Shown here: positions 9,186 to 17,407 of the stretch, one piece after another
Layout of the letters: each line of letters starts with the position of its first letter
How positions within the stretch are numbered: position 1 is the first letter of the stretch
Source: a virus
Taxonomy: Duplodnaviria > Caudoviricetes
IMG/VR virus record: IMGVR_UViG_3300046772_000048
Coordinates: 1-41,374 of that record
DNA: 41,374 bases
Strand: one strand, 5' to 3'
The notes under the pieces: model-generated
Told to the model about the DNA's origin: nothing
What the model saw: the letters and a program-made list of their open reading frames with translations, nothing else
Database searches by the model: none
Position numbers and translations under genes: made by a program

Positions 9186-9313
9186 TGAATTGTTTGTAGT
9201 TGCAACCAGGCGGCCGGTCTTCTGAGCGGCGAGCGTGTGGATTTGACTTAAAGGTTTTCTATCACTAGACTCCGCTTTGCGGCTCCGCCGCAAAGTCAAC
9301 TACAAACAATTCA
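9186..9313. repeat. Perfect 17-bp inverted repeat
   Basis: TGAATTGTTTGTAGTTG (9186-9202) and CAACTACAAACAATTCA (9297-9313). Confidence 0.85.
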
Positions 9314-9375
9314 ACAACTTGCAACAGCGGCCAGGCAGCAGCGGCGAGCGCTTACTACATAACGGCGTGCCCCTA

Positions 9376-9404
9376 TTGACATAACGGCTTGTGCTGCGTA
9401 TAGT
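9376..9404 (+). promoter_or_regulatory. Sigma70/SigA-type promoter (leaderless transcript)
   Basis: TTGACA-17-TATAGT, ATG 7 nt downstream. Confidence 0.8.
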
Positions 9405-9411
9405 GCTCTTT

Positions 9412-9567
9412 ATGTTAGAAGCATTGATTGCAAAAGTCCTACTGGACATTGACCGTAGCCAACGAGACTACGAAGTAAATATGAACCGTGCCCAAAGAAG
9501 TGCTGACTTCTGGAATGAAGTTACTTATTTCTTTTGGGACAAGATAACGGGAAGGAGGAACCGATGA
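9412..9567 (+). CDS. Hypothetical protein, 51 aa, leaderless (not in ORF track)
   Basis: MLEALIAKVLLDIDRSQR...; begins at predicted transcription start. Confidence 0.65.
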   Translation: MLEALIAKVLLDIDRSQRDYEVNMNRAQRSADFWNEVTYFFWDKITGRRNR

Positions 9568-9659
9568 CTGGTCTAAACAAATACATCTGGCGAGCGCTCT
9601 TTGCATTAGCGGCAAGAGAAGAAAAGAAGCAAGCAAAGCGCTTACAAAAAGTAAAATAA
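9564..9659 (+). CDS. Small basic peptide, 31 aa (not in ORF track)
   Basis: AGGAGG RBS, ATGA overlap, MTGLNKYIWRALFALAAREEKK... Confidence 0.55.
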   Translation: MTGLNKYIWRALFALAAREEKKQAKRLQKVK

Positions 9660-9676
9660 AAATAACGGCCTGTCTA

Positions 9677-9706
9677 TTGACAGCGGCGTGCGCTAACCGT
9701 TACTGT
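9677..9706 (+). promoter_or_regulatory. Probable promoter
   Basis: TTGACA-18-TACTGT. Confidence 0.5.
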
Positions 9707-9756
9707 TTTTATTAACCGCTAAAAAGTAAAAGCGGCGAGAGATAGAGAGACGAATA

Positions 9757-10218
9757 ATGCAGACGTTCCTGCCATACCCAGATTTCCGTGAAACCGCTAG
9801 TGTGCTGGACTACCGCAGACTAGGTAAGCAACGGGTGGAAGCATTTCAAATACTTAGAGCCATGAACGGTGAGACACGAGGATGGAGGAACCATCCTGCC
9901 ACGCTAATGTGGAACGGACACGAAACCGCACTCTGCCTGTATGCCATTGCGATATGTGATGAGTGGATTGCCCGTGGATATAAAGACACGATGAGACCGA
10001 GGTTCGTTGATGTCCTGGAGGGCCTGGCCCTGCAACAACAAACAACTTATCCATCTTGGCTTGGCGGCGAAGATTTCCATAAGTCCCATCAGTCAAACTT
10101 GATTCGTAAATTTCCAGAACACTACCAACACCTATGGCCTGATGTTCCAAACAACTTGGAGTATGTCTGGCCGACACCAGAACCAAGAGTTGACAATTTG
10201 ATTCTCGTGGGTGTATAG
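9757..10218 (+). CDS. MSMEG_6728 family / pyrimidine-dimer DNA glycosylase-like protein
   Basis: MQTFLPY, LDYRRLGKQRVEA.Q, GWRNHPA..MW, SHQSNL.RK, Y.WP. Confidence 0.85.
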   Translation: MQTFLPYPDFRETASVLDYRRLGKQRVEAFQILRAMNGETRGWRNHPATLMWNGHETALCLYAIAICDEWIARGYKDTMRPRFVDVLEGLALQQQTTYPSWLGGEDFHKSHQSNLIRKFPEHYQHLWPDVPNNLEYVWPTPEPRVDNLILVGV

Positions 10219-10219
10219 T
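10190..10219 (+). promoter_or_regulatory. Promoter embedded in 3' end of upstream CDS
   Basis: TTGACA-18-TATAGT. Confidence 0.7.
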
Positions 10220-10247
10220 CTGCTTATCTTCAGAGGAAGGAGATAAA

Positions 10248-10421
10248 GTGGATACAGCGAAAGTATCGCAAGTCCCTAACTGCGATTTCTGCGGCAACCC
10301 TGCGGAATATGACGCACAAACAAAAATGGGTCCTTGGGCATATATGTGCGACTCGGACTATGAAACACACTCTACTGGCAGACTAGGTCTAGGCTTTGGT
10401 CAGAAGTTGGTGGTGGCGTAA
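10248..10421 (+). CDS. Small Cys-containing phage protein, 57 aa (not in ORF track)
   Basis: AGAGGAAGGAG RBS, GTG start; CDFC..YDAQTKMGPWAYMC..LGLGFGQKL. Confidence 0.8.
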   Translation: MDTAKVSQVPNCDFCGNPAEYDAQTKMGPWAYMCDSDYETHSTGRLGLGFGQKLVVA

Positions 10422-10648
10422 TGGCTAACTACACAACAGTCAGAGAACTCATTGATAATCTTCTCAAGGAAGAAGATTTGGATTCTCCAGTAATTTATCA
10501 ATACTACTTAGGAGAACATTTTGATGTATCAGATAAAGTATTTGCTGAAGTAGCAAAGGAATTTGATTCTATGATTCCTTCTCTTTCAGATGCCTATGAC
10601 GCAATTGCACAGGCAGTAGCGGAAAAGGATGACTCTGATGGGATTTGA
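10421..10648 (+). CDS. Hypothetical acidic protein
   Basis: TAATG overlap with previous gene. Confidence 0.75.
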   Translation: MANYTTVRELIDNLLKEEDLDSPVIYQYYLGEHFDVSDKVFAEVAKEFDSMIPSLSDAYDAIAQAVAEKDDSDGI

Positions 10649-10937
10649 TTTAGTAAGAGAACGATTAGTTGATGCTAAAGCAATTGCTTGGGACGATTGT
10701 CATAAGATTTATTTGTTGATGGATGATGAACAAGTAGAACTGATGCGTGAGTATCGCTACGACACACTCATCACAAAAGAAGAAAAAACACCCGAAGAAA
10801 TGTTTGACCTCTTACAAGAGTGGTTTGATGATTCCTGCGGTCTTAGATTTATTCAAGCAGTAAGCACTAACTACGAAGACCCTAACGAGGGTTTTGAGTC
10901 GCTCATCGGACAATTTGAGTACGAGGAGGCTATGTAA
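10638..10937 (+). CDS. Hypothetical acidic protein
   Basis: AKAIAWDDCHKIYLLMD...SCGLRFI; ATG 10638 follows AAAGGA. Confidence 0.75.
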   Translation: MGFDLVRERLVDAKAIAWDDCHKIYLLMDDEQVELMREYRYDTLITKEEKTPEEMFDLLQEWFDDSCGLRFIQAVSTNYEDPNEGFESLIGQFEYEEAM

Positions 10938-11194
10938 TGACTACAGCAGAGAAAGGCATAGATGTCAGAGTTATTGAAGATTCGGGATGGAAGTCAATCC
11001 ACCAAACCCGCGAAATCTCGGTTGAGCATAGTGGAAACACATACAACTACCGAAGATGGGTTCGGATTCCAACACACAAATACGAGGACTATGACATTGG
11101 AGATGAATGGGGTAAGGATTACCAACACATTGACAACAAAGATGTCCCGCAAGAAGTTATCCAATTTGTAAATGATTTCTTTGAGGAGAACTGA
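10937..11194 (+). CDS. Hypothetical protein
   Basis: GAGGAGG RBS, TAATG overlap. Confidence 0.75.
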   Translation: MTTAEKGIDVRVIEDSGWKSIHQTREISVEHSGNTYNYRRWVRIPTHKYEDYDIGDEWGKDYQHIDNKDVPQEVIQFVNDFFEEN

Positions 11195-11385
11195 TGGGAA
11201 GAAAAGTAATCGCAAAGATTCAATTTGAATTTGACGAGGACTTAGCCAATGAGGGCTTGGACACTCCAATGACAGATGAAGAATTAGTAAGCCACGCTAT
11301 TGACAATTATATTGATGATGTGTATAGTATGGTCAAATACAACGAATTGCACGAGGCGGTTCGTGTAGAGATAGTAAAGGGGTAA
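11194..11385 (+). CDS. Hypothetical acidic protein
   Basis: GAGGAG RBS, TGATG overlap. Confidence 0.75.
   Translation: MGRKVIAKIQFEFDEDLANEGLDTPMTDEELVSHAIDNYIDDVYSMVKYNELHEAVRVEIVKG
11300..11328 (+). promoter_or_regulatory. Internal promoter
   Basis: TTGACA-17-TATAGT inside a CDS. Confidence 0.55.
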
Positions 11386-11389
11386 ACAG

Positions 11390-11788
11390 ATGGGCCAATA
11401 CCATCACTTAGTAAATGTAGATAAGAAAGAAGTAGTAAATCCACACGGGCTCGGCTTGGGTCTAAAGCAATGGGAACACATTGGATTTGAGGGCGGCACG
11501 CTCGCGGATGCTATGTATATCTTGATGATGACAAGTCCATACCGCGGTGGTGGGGATTTACCAGAAACCGAAATCTCTGGTCGCTGGACAGGCGACAGAG
11601 TTCTAGTATTGGGTGATTACACAGAGGACTCCGATGTGCCGTCAATCCCAAATGTCGGCTCGCTCTATCGTGAAAGCGAGGGCTACACCGACATAACCGA
11701 GATGGTTGCTCAAGCGTTTGAAACCGTATTCCGCGTTCGCATTAGTGGCGATGGTTGGAAACGGCGCGAGCGTTTAGAAGCCATCTAA
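11390..11788 (+). CDS. Phage hypothetical protein
   Basis: MGQYH.LVN.DKKE...GLKQWE...GRW.GDRV...GDY; AAAGGGG RBS. Confidence 0.8.
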   Translation: MGQYHHLVNVDKKEVVNPHGLGLGLKQWEHIGFEGGTLADAMYILMMTSPYRGGGDLPETEISGRWTGDRVLVLGDYTEDSDVPSIPNVGSLYRESEGYTDITEMVAQAFETVFRVRISGDGWKRRERLEAI

Positions 11789-11805
11789 CCTTTCTCTAAG
11801 ACGCG

Positions 11806-11840
11806 AAAACGGCTTGCCCTAACGGGGGCAAGTCGTTTTT
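11806..11840 (+). terminator. Intrinsic terminator
   Basis: AAAACGGCTTGCCC...GGGCAAGTCGTTTTT. Confidence 0.85.
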
Positions 11841-12051
11841 GCTGTACGCACATAACGGCACGCCCTTACCTATAACGGGAGGAGAGTTCGCCGCGGGCAC
11901 GAGAACCGCAAGTTATTTGGATGTCGCCCTGCAAGGCGTACCCACCAAAAAGTAAAAATGAAAACTGGCGAGCGCAAAGTGTGTGTAGCCAAAAAGTAAA
12001 AACGCAGATGTCGTAACGGGTGCTGTCGTAGATGCGTAAGTTGTTCGTAAC

Positions 12052-12080
12052 TTGACAAACAGAACCGTTTTATGTATGAT
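12052..12080 (+). promoter_or_regulatory. Promoter (leaderless transcript)
   Basis: TTGACA-17-TATGAT, ATG 6 nt downstream. Confidence 0.8.
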
Positions 12081-12086
12081 GGTGCT

Positions 12087-12233
12087 ATGAAAAAAGTAAA
12101 ACCACTTGACGGCTTGCTTCGCTTGCGAGGTCGCTTTGTGCTGAACCAAAAAGCACAAGTGTTTGCCGACAAGAGGAGTAAGCGAAATAAAACTCGCGCC
12201 GAACAAAAACGGCGTGCCTTAGAGGAGGAGTAA
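12087..12233 (+). CDS. Small basic protein, 48 aa, leaderless (not in ORF track)
   Basis: MKKVKPLDGLLRLRGRFVLNQKAQVFADKRSKRNKTRAEQKRRALEEE. Confidence 0.75.
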   Translation: MKKVKPLDGLLRLRGRFVLNQKAQVFADKRSKRNKTRAEQKRRALEEE

Positions 12234-12242
12234 AAAGTAAAA

Positions 12243-12497
12243 ATGACAACAACGACAAAAGACACAACACAACAACGCTGGAACGCTGGTTACTACTCTG
12301 CGCTCAATGGCGCAACTATTGTTAGGTTCTTAGGAACAGATGAAGACGAGTTTGGCGGTAGAGGGTTTCCTATGTTTGAAGTCAAACTTGCTAATGGTGA
12401 GTTAGTAGAACTTGTTGTATCCCAAGACGAAGAAGGAAATGGCGGTGGGTTCTTGTTTGGACTTCCCGACTACACACTTCCCGAGTTTCGGAAGTAA
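12243..12497 (+). CDS. Hypothetical protein
   Basis: GAGGAGG RBS; VSQDEEGNGGGFLF motif. Confidence 0.8.
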   Translation: MTTTTKDTTQQRWNAGYYSALNGATIVRFLGTDEDEFGGRGFPMFEVKLANGELVELVVSQDEEGNGGGFLFGLPDYTLPEFRK

Positions 12498-12498
12498 C

Positions 12499-12526
12499 TT
12501 GACAATACAATAAAAATAGTTATACT
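12499..12526 (+). promoter_or_regulatory. Promoter
   Basis: TTGACA-16-TATACT. Confidence 0.7.
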
Positions 12527-12554
12527 TAGATTGTCTTTAGAGAAAGGGACATAA

Positions 12555-13226
12555 ATGCCAAACTGGGTATTCAACTCACTCTCAATAGAGGGTGATGAAG
12601 AACAAATCAAAAAAGTAAAAGCACAACTCAATGCGCCATACGAGCGTAGGTTTGAGAGCAAAGAAGAAGTAACTAAATACTCAAACCCAATCTTTTCGTT
12701 CTGGAACATTGTCCGACCACCTGCCGACAAAATAGAAGAGTATGAAGGCGTACACGGATACGCTGATGGTGAGCGACAAGGTGATGGTGAGTTCAACTGG
12801 TATAACTTCAATAATCGTGAGTGGGGAACTAAATGGGATGTGGCAATCTCTGACGATAACAAGTTTCCTGAAACAACAATGACAGATGGCGAAACTTTAG
12901 TTACATACAATTTCCAAACTGCGTGGTCTCCACCTGTTGAAGCCATTGAAAAACTTTCGGAACAACACCCTGAACTAACAATAACTTTAGATTGGGAAGA
13001 AGAACAAGGTTTCGGTGGTGTCTATGTTTTCCAAGAAGGCTCGCACTATGTTGATAAAGAGTGGGACATACCTAACTCTCACGAAGACTATGTTGAGCGA
13101 GACAATGTAGATGGTTGTGTCTGCTCATACGAAGAAGACACAGATGAGTGGTATGACGATTGCCCCGGCAAAAAATTAGTTATTGAACTCTCTGCCATAA
13201 AAGATGTTGAAGTTGCTAAAAACTAA
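12555..13226 (+). CDS. DUF1281 / YubB ferredoxin-like domain protein
   Basis: MPNW..N.L, WY..N...WGTKW, F.TAWSPP. Confidence 0.8.
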   Translation: MPNWVFNSLSIEGDEEQIKKVKAQLNAPYERRFESKEEVTKYSNPIFSFWNIVRPPADKIEEYEGVHGYADGERQGDGEFNWYNFNNREWGTKWDVAISDDNKFPETTMTDGETLVTYNFQTAWSPPVEAIEKLSEQHPELTITLDWEEEQGFGGVYVFQEGSHYVDKEWDIPNSHEDYVERDNVDGCVCSYEEDTDEWYDDCPGKKLVIELSAIKDVEVAKN

Positions 13227-13265
13227 AAGTCGTGTAAGATTAGAAAAAGAAAGGGGGAACAACTT

Positions 13266-13415
13266 ATGGCATACCTATCCATAAAAGGTGTTGCGTGGAG
13301 TTCATCTATTACAGATGAAATGATTACTCATCTAAGCGACAATGAAATCAGTTTGCTTATCAACTCTCTCAATGACGCAGTTGAGCAAATCTGTAATGAT
13401 TACGAAATCAAGTAA
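13266..13415 (+). CDS. Hypothetical protein, 49 aa (not in ORF track)
   Basis: GAAAGGGGG RBS; MAYLSIKGVAWSSSITDEMI... Confidence 0.7.
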   Translation: MAYLSIKGVAWSSSITDEMITHLSDNEISLLINSLNDAVEQICNDYEIK

Positions 13416-13433
13416 CGAAAGGAAAAAGTAAAA

Positions 13434-13676
13434 GTGGGAACAACTTACTTCGCCATAGATGGAAACTATGGAGACGCAGATGGCATTGTGATTGTTGAGA
13501 CTTCCGAGTGGTCGGAAGATGATTGGAGTGCTATTGAGATGGCAGGGGACGCTGATAGGGCTTCGGTTGCTTATGCGCTCGCCAAGTCAGACGAACAACA
13601 GAGGGCAGAAATCCATCAGGCAGTTATGGAAGACGACCTTGACGCTCAATTTGACAAAGCAGTAGAAAGAGAGTAG
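13434..13676 (+). CDS. Hypothetical acidic protein
   Basis: GAAAGG RBS, then the 11-mer, then GTG; YFAIDGNYGDA. Confidence 0.75.
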   Translation: MGTTYFAIDGNYGDADGIVIVETSEWSEDDWSAIEMAGDADRASVAYALAKSDEQQRAEIHQAVMEDDLDAQFDKAVERE

Positions 13677-13727
13677 TATTAGGCGGTTAGGGCAGGAAAC
13701 CCCTGCCCGACACGCTTGGGCTAGGAT

Positions 13728-13757
13728 TTGACAATCTGCTAGGGCTGGGTGTAAAGT
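13728..13757 (+). promoter_or_regulatory. Promoter for AAA/VWA gene cluster
   Basis: TTGACA-18-TAAAGT; GACAC at 13709. Confidence 0.6.
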
Positions 13758-13817
13758 TCGGGGTATAACTAAATAACAACTGAATAAATGACAAAAGGAC
13801 ATAAACGAAAGGACACT

Positions 13818-14282
13818 ATGTTAGACAAAGAAGCAAAGGTTCAGGGGGTTGCGGTCTATGCCGAGTTCGTAAGAGCAGGTGAGACAACGCAAATGCTTAT
13901 CACTCCTGATTGTTATACAAACACAGGAACACTTATTCCTATGGCAATCCATAGACGAGTAGTAACTCCTGCTTCACTAAAGAAACAATGGCGTAGCACT
14001 TCACTTCGGCAGATGTTTGACCAAGTAAAAGAAGTACACGCAGTTGGAACGCAAATGGCTGATGAAAAGATTACAGAGTTTGCGGAAAATCGTATGCGCT
14101 ACTCCTTCTCATTTTTTGATGAGATGTTGAAACACGGCTGGGTTATTCGCCAAGAACCTATCTTGGTAGAACTATCTAAGTATGACGCTGACGATTTAGT
14201 CAAAGGACACACTCCAAGTCGTGTTCTTTATCGTGTAGGTATTTCGCGGAAAGCACTTGGCTTTCCAAAAGAGTTAGTCTAA
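13818..14282 (+). CDS. Hypothetical protein preceding AAA ATPase
   Basis: GAAAGGACACT RBS directly before ATG 13818. Confidence 0.75.
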   Translation: MLDKEAKVQGVAVYAEFVRAGETTQMLITPDCYTNTGTLIPMAIHRRVVTPASLKKQWRSTSLRQMFDQVKEVHAVGTQMADEKITEFAENRMRYSFSFFDEMLKHGWVIRQEPILVELSKYDADDLVKGHTPSRVLYRVGISRKALGFPKELV

Positions 14283-14296
14283 GAGGGGGCTACACT

Positions 14297-15358
14297 ATGG
14301 ATACAGTAAATGTGAAAGAGCGATACAACGCTCTAACACCCAACGCTTCTCCTACTCTATGGGAAATCATTGAGCAGGTTTCAGCGTCAGGTATAAACGA
14401 AAAAGCAAGTAAGGAACTTGCTTCCAAAGTTCTTCCAACAGGTCGTTATGTTGAAAGAGCAGTTGGCGCAGAACGCGCCCCACGCGGTTCTAGGGTGAGA
14501 AAGGATTTGCCAATGGTAGAAGCAATCGTTGGTGGTGCTGACACTTACAAGCGACCAAATGGTTCTATGTATCACGCTCGCCTATGGGGAGAGCATAAAG
14601 ATGTAGAAGTTCTCAAACTTGCTTACGAAACTACAAAGAGAAGTTTCGCAGGTGAAGAAGTAAATCCAATGTTTCCACTTCTCTATGGTGCGCCAGGTAC
14701 AGGAAAAACTGCGCTAGTAGAAGCAACTTTCGGAGACAACATTGAAACCTTGATTGGACACGGAGACATTGAAGCCTCTGACCTAATTGGTTCTTATGTC
14801 CAAACTCCAAGTGGAAACTTTGAGTGGGTTGATGGTGGATTACTTCGCGCTATGGAAGAAGGTAAAACTTATTTCGTAGATGAGATTGGTCTTATTGACC
14901 CTAAGGTTCTAGCAATTCTTTATGGTGCTATGGACGGACGCAGAGAAGTTGTTGTCTCTACAAATCCTGAACGCGGAGTAGTAAAGGCACACGCCAACTT
15001 CTTCGTAGTGGCTGCGACAAATCCTAACGCTCCCGGAGTTCGTCTCTCGGAAGCATTACTTTCTCGCTTCACAGTTCAAGCAGAAATGACTACTGACTAC
15101 GCACTCGCAAAGAAGTTGGGTGTTCCAAGTTTGCTAATCACTTCAGCACAAAATCTTTATCGCAAGCAACTTGCGAACGAAGTTTCTTGGTCGCCACAAA
15201 TGCGAGAACTCCTTGCGTTCCGCGACATAGCAACAACTTTCGGAACAAAGTTTGCGTTACAGAACTTGATTTCTTCCGCACCTGAAAGCGACAGAGCGAG
15301 TATCTCTGATGTTCTCTCTCGCGCCTTCGGTGAGGAAGTCAAACCTGCGAAAATCTAA
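14297..15358 (+). CDS. MoxR/CbbQ/NorQ-type AAA+ ATPase
   Basis: Walker A GAPGTGKT, Walker B YFVDE, AATNP, ALLSRF arginine finger. Confidence 0.9.
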   Translation: MDTVNVKERYNALTPNASPTLWEIIEQVSASGINEKASKELASKVLPTGRYVERAVGAERAPRGSRVRKDLPMVEAIVGGADTYKRPNGSMYHARLWGEHKDVEVLKLAYETTKRSFAGEEVNPMFPLLYGAPGTGKTALVEATFGDNIETLIGHGDIEASDLIGSYVQTPSGNFEWVDGGLLRAMEEGKTYFVDEIGLIDPKVLAILYGAMDGRREVVVSTNPERGVVKAHANFFVVAATNPNAPGVRLSEALLSRFTVQAEMTTDYALAKKLGVPSLLITSAQNLYRKQLANEVSWSPQMRELLAFRDIATTFGTKFALQNLISSAPESDRASISDVLSRAFGEEVKPAKI

Positions 15359-15380
15359 CCCCCTTAGATACGCAGGTTCG

Positions 15381-15412
15381 GGGGGTGGGTTGAGTGTCCT
15401 TCTCCCACCCCC
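15381..15412 (+). other. Hairpin with anti-RBS loop
   Basis: GGGGGTGGG/CCCACCCCC stem, loop TTGAGTGTCCTTCT. Confidence 0.65.
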
Positions 15413-15493
15413 TTCCCCCAACTTGACAAAAGGACATAAAAATGGAATACTATGGGTATTGGTGGATTGGAAGCCACTAATAGAAAAGGGAAA

Positions 15494-17284
15494 ATGATGG
15501 AACATTTAGTAAGTGGTGAGACTAAGTTTGAGGCTACTCCTAGAGAGTGGCTGAAAGTTGGTAGAGAAGTAGCAACGCTCACAAACAGATTAGCGTTGCG
15601 TGATGACATTATTGCGTATGTAGGAAATGGCGCAGGTGGCGAAGCCCCTGCTCGCTTCAATCCTGCGCTCGCAGAAGTTGAAGTAAATGTAAATAAAGTT
15701 TTTGGTGAAGGTGTAAATCCTGATTTCGTAGGAGACATAACACTTCGCAAAACACAATACGAGTATCCAATGGCAACAGGTGCGATTTCGCACGAAGCCT
15801 TCCACGCTCGCTTCTCATTATGGTCTATGCCAAATGCTCACGCAGAGTTGAAGAAAGATGAGTATGAGGCTCTAGTGTTGTTAGAAGAAGGTCGCATTGA
15901 GTATCAAGGCGTTCAATCAAACTTTCGTTCTCGCGTATTCCTACGCTCTAGTGCGTTGGAGTTAGCGATTGGAGACGCAAGAGAAGCATTTGATAAGAAG
16001 CAACCAACACAAGCAATCGCACACTTGATTGGTCTGGTACACGCTCGCGTTATCGCAGGTGTGTTAGATGAAGATGAAGTAGCAGACATTTATGAGTGGG
16101 TTCAAGAACAGATTGGTTTAGAAAATGTAGAAGCCTTCTGCGACATTATTCGTCCTTTCCAAACTCACGCAAACCACAAAGACGCAACAGAACTTTATCC
16201 ACTAGCAAAAGCGTGGGCAGAGTTAGTTCGTAAGATTATGAACGAACGCGGTGAGCAGGAAAATCCTGAAGGTGGTTGCGGTATGCCTCTACCAAAAGAG
16301 ATGGTTGAGGAAATCCTTGAGAAGATGAGTGAAGCAGGTGTCGCAGTTGAAATCGCTAACTATGGTGATTTAGCAGACCAAGAGCAGGGCGAAGATTACA
16401 AAGAACAAGCAGAAGCAAAACACAACGAAGCCAAAGAACAGGCAGAGAACAAAGAAGTTGCGAGCAAAGTCTTTGACAAATCAACAGGTCCCGGAACAAC
16501 TAAGACACTTAGCAGATTAGTTGAGCAGAGAGAAGCAACTCCACAAGAGCGTTCTGCTTCGGTAATTATTTCTCGCTTACTTGAAAAAGCAAAGTATCGT
16601 GAGCGAGATGAAATGATTATTGCGAGCGCAACTCCTCCGGGAAAACTTCGCACGAAAGCGATTATTCAGAATAAGGCACTCCGCGCTCGCGGTGTGTATA
16701 AGGCAGAAAATCCTTTCCGCAAAACAGTTCGCAAGCACACAGACGAACCAACACTTACAGTTGGAATTATGTGCGACATTTCAGGTTCAATGGGTTCTGC
16801 TATGAAGCCAATGGCGACAACTGCGTGGGTTATGAGTGAAGCAACTCGGCGCATACAAGGTAAGTGCGCTATGGTCTATTACGGAAATGATGTGTTCCCA
16901 ACACTAAAGGTTGGACAGAAACTAGAACAGGTAAGTGTTTATACTGCTAGTGATGGAACTGAAAAGTTCTACAAAGCATTTCAAGCAATAGATGGCGCAC
17001 TCAATCTACTTCACGGAAATGGTGCGAGATTGTTAGTTATTGTTTCTGATGGAGAATACACTTCAGATGAAACACGATTAGCAAAAGAGATTATCAAGAA
17101 GTGCGAAAAAGCAGGTGTTGGCGTTCTATGGTTGCCATTTGATAGTGGCTTCAGAGCGCGAGAACTTGGACAAGGTTATGCGAAAGTTGTTTCAGAGATT
17201 ACTGACCCTGTTCAAGCAAGCGAAGTTATTGGTCGCTCTGCTATGGAAGTAATGACGAGAGTTGGACAGAGGGCAGTTGCCTAA
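15494..17284 (+). CDS. VWA-domain protein (CobT-like) with N-terminal HExxH motif
   Basis: HEAFH, EEGRIE, acidic linker, MIDAS DISGS, VSDG; start moved to ATG 15494 behind AGAAAAGGG. Confidence 0.85.
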   Translation: MMEHLVSGETKFEATPREWLKVGREVATLTNRLALRDDIIAYVGNGAGGEAPARFNPALAEVEVNVNKVFGEGVNPDFVGDITLRKTQYEYPMATGAISHEAFHARFSLWSMPNAHAELKKDEYEALVLLEEGRIEYQGVQSNFRSRVFLRSSALELAIGDAREAFDKKQPTQAIAHLIGLVHARVIAGVLDEDEVADIYEWVQEQIGLENVEAFCDIIRPFQTHANHKDATELYPLAKAWAELVRKIMNERGEQENPEGGCGMPLPKEMVEEILEKMSEAGVAVEIANYGDLADQEQGEDYKEQAEAKHNEAKEQAENKEVASKVFDKSTGPGTTKTLSRLVEQREATPQERSASVIISRLLEKAKYRERDEMIIASATPPGKLRTKAIIQNKALRARGVYKAENPFRKTVRKHTDEPTLTVGIMCDISGSMGSAMKPMATTAWVMSEATRRIQGKCAMVYYGNDVFPTLKVGQKLEQVSVYTASDGTEKFYKAFQAIDGALNLLHGNGARLLVIVSDGEYTSDETRLAKEIIKKCEKAGVGVLWLPFDSGFRARELGQGYAKVVSEITDPVQASEVIGRSAMEVMTRVGQRAVA

Positions 17285-17295
17285 TGTTCTAACAG

Positions 17296-17382
17296 GTGTT
17301 GGCTCGGTGATAGGCGTAGGAGTGTCCTTCCAAGCACAAAAAACCTATTCCTTCATCTCTCACCACAGAGCCGAGCCAACAC
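17296..17382 (+). other. Structured 3'-UTR RNA with anti-RBS segment
   Basis: 12-bp perfect stem GTGTTGGCTCGG/CCGAGCCAACAC enclosing GAGTGTCCTTCC. Confidence 0.65.
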
Positions 17383-17407
17383 ATCTAAAAAGTAAAAGGG
17401 GAAACAA

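Noticed and set aside
8985-9299. 104-aa minus-strand ORF
   Set aside because: No RBS, low-complexity translation, opposite to local transcription and overlapping repeat motifs
14297-17284. Cobaltochelatase CobS/CobT for B12 synthesis
   Set aside because: Family resemblance only; no cobN or other cob genes here, so a generic AAA/VWA call is safer
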